Source of the DNA: Okeania sp.
GTDB lineage: Bacteria > Cyanobacteriota > Cyanobacteriia > Cyanobacteriales > Microcoleaceae
Length of the DNA: 8,444 nucleotides
Assembly: GCF_035285525.1 (NCBI RefSeq)
Contig: NZ_JAYKGW010000095.1
Coordinates: 1 to 8,444 of the forward strand
Direction of reading: 5' to 3'
The notes below the pieces were generated by a model, which searched no databases, had not been told where the DNA came from, and saw only the letters and a list, made by a program, of their open reading frames with translations. Positions 5,469 through 8,444 of the stretch are shown here, in pieces (positions within the stretch are counted from its first letter, which is position 1; every line of letters starts with the position of its first letter). The position numbers and the translations under genes were made by a program.

Positions 5469-8444
5469 CTATGGACAGAGTGAGCGATCGCTTTTATTAT
5501 TATATTGCAAATAGTTATGTAACCAGTTACAACTATAAGATAATAGCTCATCCGGATTTAACGTTTGTAATCTTTCATTATCAATACCCCACAGTTTTAC
5601 AGTTCTATCAAAACTGGCGGATGCCAAAATATTGCCATCAGGGCTAAAGCTTAAACGAAACACCCCTGCGTCATGGCCTCTAAATGTTTGAAGTTCTTGG
5701 TAGTTGCTCAAGCTCCAAAGCTTCACTGTTTGATCGTCACTTGCAGATGCTAGAATTTTCCCTTTGGGATCAAAGCTAATACCCCAAACTCTACCAGTGT
5801 GCCCTTTCATTGTCTTCAGTAATTTACCACTCCGACTCCAAAGGTTAATATTTTTGTTCTTACCAGCAGAAGCAATTAATTGACCATCAGGACTAAATTT
5901 CACAGCCCAAACTTCATCTTCATGTCCTGTTAAAATCGTCTTTAATTTGCCATCAACTGTCCATATTCTAACAGTTTTATCCTTGCTAGCAGAAGCAATT
6001 AATTTTCCATCCGGACTAATATCAATACCATAAATAGGTTGTTTGTGTTCCTCTATTTTCCTCAGTTCCTCACCATCATAATTCCATAATCTGATAGTCT
6101 TGTCATCACTTCCAGAAACAATGATTTCTTCAGTGGGACTAAAGGCAACAGCATTCACAGGTTCAGTATGTCCTTTTATTTCCAATATATTCTTTCCTTC
6201 GACAGTCCAAAGCTTGATTGTTTTATCTTGGCTAGCAGAAGCAATAAATCGACTATCAGAACTGATACTTAAGTCATTTATCCAATTATTATGCCCTATA
6301 AAAGTATTAACTTTTTCTCCCTGAAAGTTCCAGAAGGTAATGTTCCCATCAATACTTGCTGAAATAATGGTTTTGGTTTTGGGGCTAAATACTACATCGG
6401 TAACAGGTTTACTATGTCCGTCAAGTGTTTTAGGAGTTTTACTCAGATTTTGAAGATTCCAAACTTTCAGGATATTGCGATCGCTAGCTGATACTAACAA
6501 CTGTTGGTTAGGACTAAAAGCAATCTCATTAATCCCATCATTATGCCCCTGCAAAGTTTTAATCTCTTCGCCATCTAGATTCCACAGTTTAATAATTCCA
6601 CCGTCATCAGCAGAAGCTATTATTTGACCATCAGAACTAAATCTCACACTGGTAACTATATTATCATGTCCTGCTAAACTTTTAAGTTCACTTCCATCTA
6701 AGTTCCAAAGTTTAACTGTCTTGTCAAGACTTGCAGAGACAATTATTTCATCTTTTGGGCTAAAACTAACGCTGGTGATACTATCTCCATGCCCTGTTAA
6801 AGTAGCAATCTTTTCACCATTCTTTAAATCCCATAGTTTGATTGTTTTATCTAGACTGCCAGAAGCAAGTATTTGACCATCAGAACTAAAAGAGATGCTG
6901 GAGATACTTTTTTCATGTCCTGCCAAAACTCTATTTATTTTACCATCAATACTCCAAAGTTTGATTGCATTGTCAGCAGTTGTAGAAGCGATTATTTCAT
7001 CTTTTGGGCTAAAACTAACCCTGGTAATATATCTTTGATTTCCTTGAAAAGTAGCAATCTCTTGACCATTTCTCACATCCCATAATTTGACTTTTTTATC
7101 TATACCACTAGAAACAAGTGTTTTACTATCAGAACTAAAAGAGATGCTGAGAACACCATCTTTATGTCCTTCCAAAACTGTACTTGTTTTACCATCAATA
7201 CTCCAAAGTCTAATTGCATTATCAGAACTTGCAGAGGCAATAATATTTCCATCAGGACTAAAACTAACACTGAGAACACCAGCTCTGTGCCCTTCTAAAC
7301 GATTGTACTCTTGGATATCTTGAACAGTTCGCCTAAGTGTGGTAATAGTATCATCACGATCTTCTTCTGATACAAAAATAGGCTGTTGTAATAGCTTATT
7401 AGCCTTCACACTTGCTATCATTGCTTCAAGCTGATCGTCAAGTAACCAGAGAGATTCAGACTTAGAAGTTAGTGCTTCGATTTGACCTCCTATTACAGAG
7501 TTTCTTTGCCATAGAAAAAAGATACCTCCTATACTCACTGCCACTACAGCAATAATAGAAACTATAGTTGTTGTTTTAACTGCTATTAGAGCTTTTTTGT
7601 CACGTTCCTCTTCGCGATCGCGCAAACCCAAACTCAACTGAATAAAAACCCGCTCTTCCTGACTCAACTCCGACAACCTTTGCTGATGCCATTTCTCTGC
7701 TTCCACCAAAACCAACCCCCGCAACAACGCTCCCTCATCCTTATCCTTCTCTACCCATTCTGCCAAACGAACCTTTAACTTTTCTTGCCAAACCCGAAAC
7801 TCCCAACTATCCTTCATCCATCCACGCAACATTCCCCATTTTCTAATCAACGCCTCATGGATCACCTCCACAGTTTCCTCACCAGTTTCATCTCGCCCCG
7901 TTACCACCAACCGAGCATCAGCTAACCGCCTCACCAAATCCCAATTATTCGCCCCCACATCAGCACGAGTCGCCACTTTGCGAGTATCATCAGTTCCCTT
8001 CCCTGGTTGCACCAACTGAATAAAAACCCGTTCCGCCCTTTCCCGATCTACCTCACTCAACTTTTCATAAACATTATCCGCATAACTTGCCAACGCCTTC
8101 TCAACCCCTCCCACTTCCTCATAACCTTCGTGAGTAAGTTGACCATAACTTTGCTTATTCCACAAACGCTCCAAAGCAAACTCCAACAAAGGCAAATTAC
8201 CAGGCGATCGCTCCACATCCTTTAATATTCGCTCAGTCAACCCTGCCTCCAACCGCACCCCCAACTTTTGCGCAGGCATTTCAATAACCGCTCGCAACTC
8301 CTGACCATTCATCGGCGCCAAAAAATAAGTCACATTCCTCTTATTCCCCCCTTTCAAAGGGGGGCTGGGGGGGATATTCTCCCAACCTTTCAAAGGGGGG
8401 CTGGGGGGGATATTCTCCCAACCTTTCAAAGGGGGGCTGGGGGA
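5469..8444 (-). CDS. STAND-type NTPase C-terminal helical/winged-helix module + one TM helix + 14 WD40 repeats (5' end outside window)
   Basis: The frame is open to the window edge; the codons before the tracked TTG at 8429 read SPSPP. nt 7620-8348 encode L.PM...ELR.AIE.PA...GV..E.GL...IL.DV.....LPLLEFALERLW ... VIHEALIRKW, which is the pattern I associate with the post-P-loop part of NACHT/nSTAND-like ATPases. No Walker motifs fall within the window. The TM helix ALIAVKTTTIVSIIAVVAVSIGGIFFLW is encoded at nt 7509-7592. Fourteen GH...SFSPDG...ASAS.D.T(I/V)KLW units span nt 5580-7292, enough for two 7-bladed propellers. A Cys-containing tail (SYSCNWLHNYL...DRSLCP) follows. Confidence 0.85.
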   Translation of the reverse strand, partial: SPSPPLKGWENIPPSPPLKGWENIPPSPPLKGGNKRNVTYFLAPMNGQELRAVIEMPAQKLGVRLEAGLTERILKDVERSPGNLPLLEFALERLWNKQSYGQLTHEGYEEVGGVEKALASYADNVYEKLSEVDRERAERVFIQLVQPGKGTDDTRKVATRADVGANNWDLVRRLADARLVVTGRDETGEETVEVIHEALIRKWGMLRGWMKDSWEFRVWQEKLKVRLAEWVEKDKDEGALLRGLVLVEAEKWHQQRLSELSQEERVFIQLSLGLRDREEERDKKALIAVKTTTIVSIIAVVAVSIGGIFFLWQRNSVIGGQIEALTSKSESLWLLDDQLEAMIASVKANKLLQQPIFVSEEDRDDTITTLRRTVQDIQEYNRLEGHRAGVLSVSFSPDGNIIASASSDNAIRLWSIDGKTSTVLEGHKDGVLSISFSSDSKTLVSSGIDKKVKLWDVRNGQEIATFQGNQRYITRVSFSPKDEIIASTTADNAIKLWSIDGKINRVLAGHEKSISSISFSSDGQILASGSLDKTIKLWDLKNGEKIATLTGHGDSITSVSFSPKDEIIVSASLDKTVKLWNLDGSELKSLAGHDNIVTSVRFSSDGQIIASADDGGIIKLWNLDGEEIKTLQGHNDGINEIAFSPNQQLLVSASDRNILKVWNLQNLSKTPKTLDGHSKPVTDVVFSPKTKTIISASIDGNITFWNFQGEKVNTFIGHNNWINDLSISSDSRFIASASQDKTIKLWTVEGKNILEIKGHTEPVNAVAFSPTEEIIVSGSDDKTIRLWNYDGEELRKIEEHKQPIYGIDISPDGKLIASASKDKTVRIWTVDGKLKTILTGHEDEVWAVKFSPDGQLIASAGKNKNINLWSRSGKLLKTMKGHTGRVWGISFDPKGKILASASDDQTVKLWSLSNYQELQTFRGHDAGVFRLSFSPDGNILASASFDRTVKLWGIDNERLQTLNPDELLSYSCNWLHNYLQYNNKSDRSLCP
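8350..8444. repeat. 36-bp tandem repeat (2 full copies plus 1 copy truncated by the window edge) inside the STAND/WD40 reading frame
   Basis: The unit is CCTTTCAAAGGGGGGCTGGGGGGGATATTCTCCCAA at 8350-8385, 8386-8421 and 8422-8444+. The first copy completes a palindrome CCCCCCTTT-C-AAAGGGGGG at 8346-8364. In the gene frame it translates as (KGWENIPPSPPL)n. Confidence 0.9.

Noticed and set aside
5465-5647. 60-aa + strand ORF overlapping the 3' end of the WD40 gene
   Set aside because: It is antisense to the conserved last WD40 blade and C-terminal tail, with Y/I/F-rich composition typical of antisense AT-rich frames.
6100-7323. Three + strand ORFs (6100..6324, 6873..7085, 7087..7323) inside the WD40 array
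   Set aside because: All are antisense to canonical WD40 repeats. Their S/L/P-rich periodic sequence simply mirrors the repeat on the opposite strand.
8007-8225. 72-aa + strand ORF inside the STAND module
   Set aside because: It is antisense to the conserved helical/winged-helix region. Its openness follows from the strong C-richness of the + strand here.
8427-8429. TTG at 8429 as the true start of the WD40 protein (tracked ORF 5469..8429)
   Set aside because: The frame stays open to the window edge. This codon also lies inside the second-to-third copy of the 36-bp tandem repeat. The following sequence corresponds to the interior of a STRAND-type ATPase region by pattern, so the real start is almost certainly upstream of the window.

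Overview
This AT-rich window most likely comes from a filamentous, Nostocales-type cyanobacterium. It carries nine HIP1 octamers (GCGATCGC) and seven heptameric STRR-like tandem arrays. All calls were made by eye from the sequence and ORF track, with no database search.

Six coding regions are supported:
- (1) The 3' part of a membrane-anchored coiled-coil protein of unknown function, open to the left window edge.
- (2) A CbbY-type HAD phosphatase.
- (3) ispE (CDP-ME kinase, MEP pathway).
- (4) A DUF4058-family protein.
- (5) A small signal-peptide protein built from three C-x6-C-T-S-x-S-E-N repeats.
- (6) A large protein truncated at the right window edge. It has a STAND-type helical/winged-helix module, one TM helix and 14 WD40 repeats.

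The intergenic DNA is unusually structured:
- Three inverted pairs of heptamer arrays bracket discrete units, one of them the whole DUF4058 gene.
- A 70-bp unit is tandemly duplicated with a single mismatch.
- A relic joins an ispE-like leader and start codon to a DUF4058 C-terminal fragment as an intact 41-codon ORF.
- A 36-bp tandem repeat sits in frame inside the STAND/WD40 gene at the window edge.

The best candidates for new biology are the STAND-TM-WD40 sensor-like gene (in-frame repeat insertion, 249-nt two-blade supra-repeats), the bracketed DUF4058 block with its relic, and the Cys-repeat secreted protein. No complete, obviously novel multi-gene system is visible within the window.
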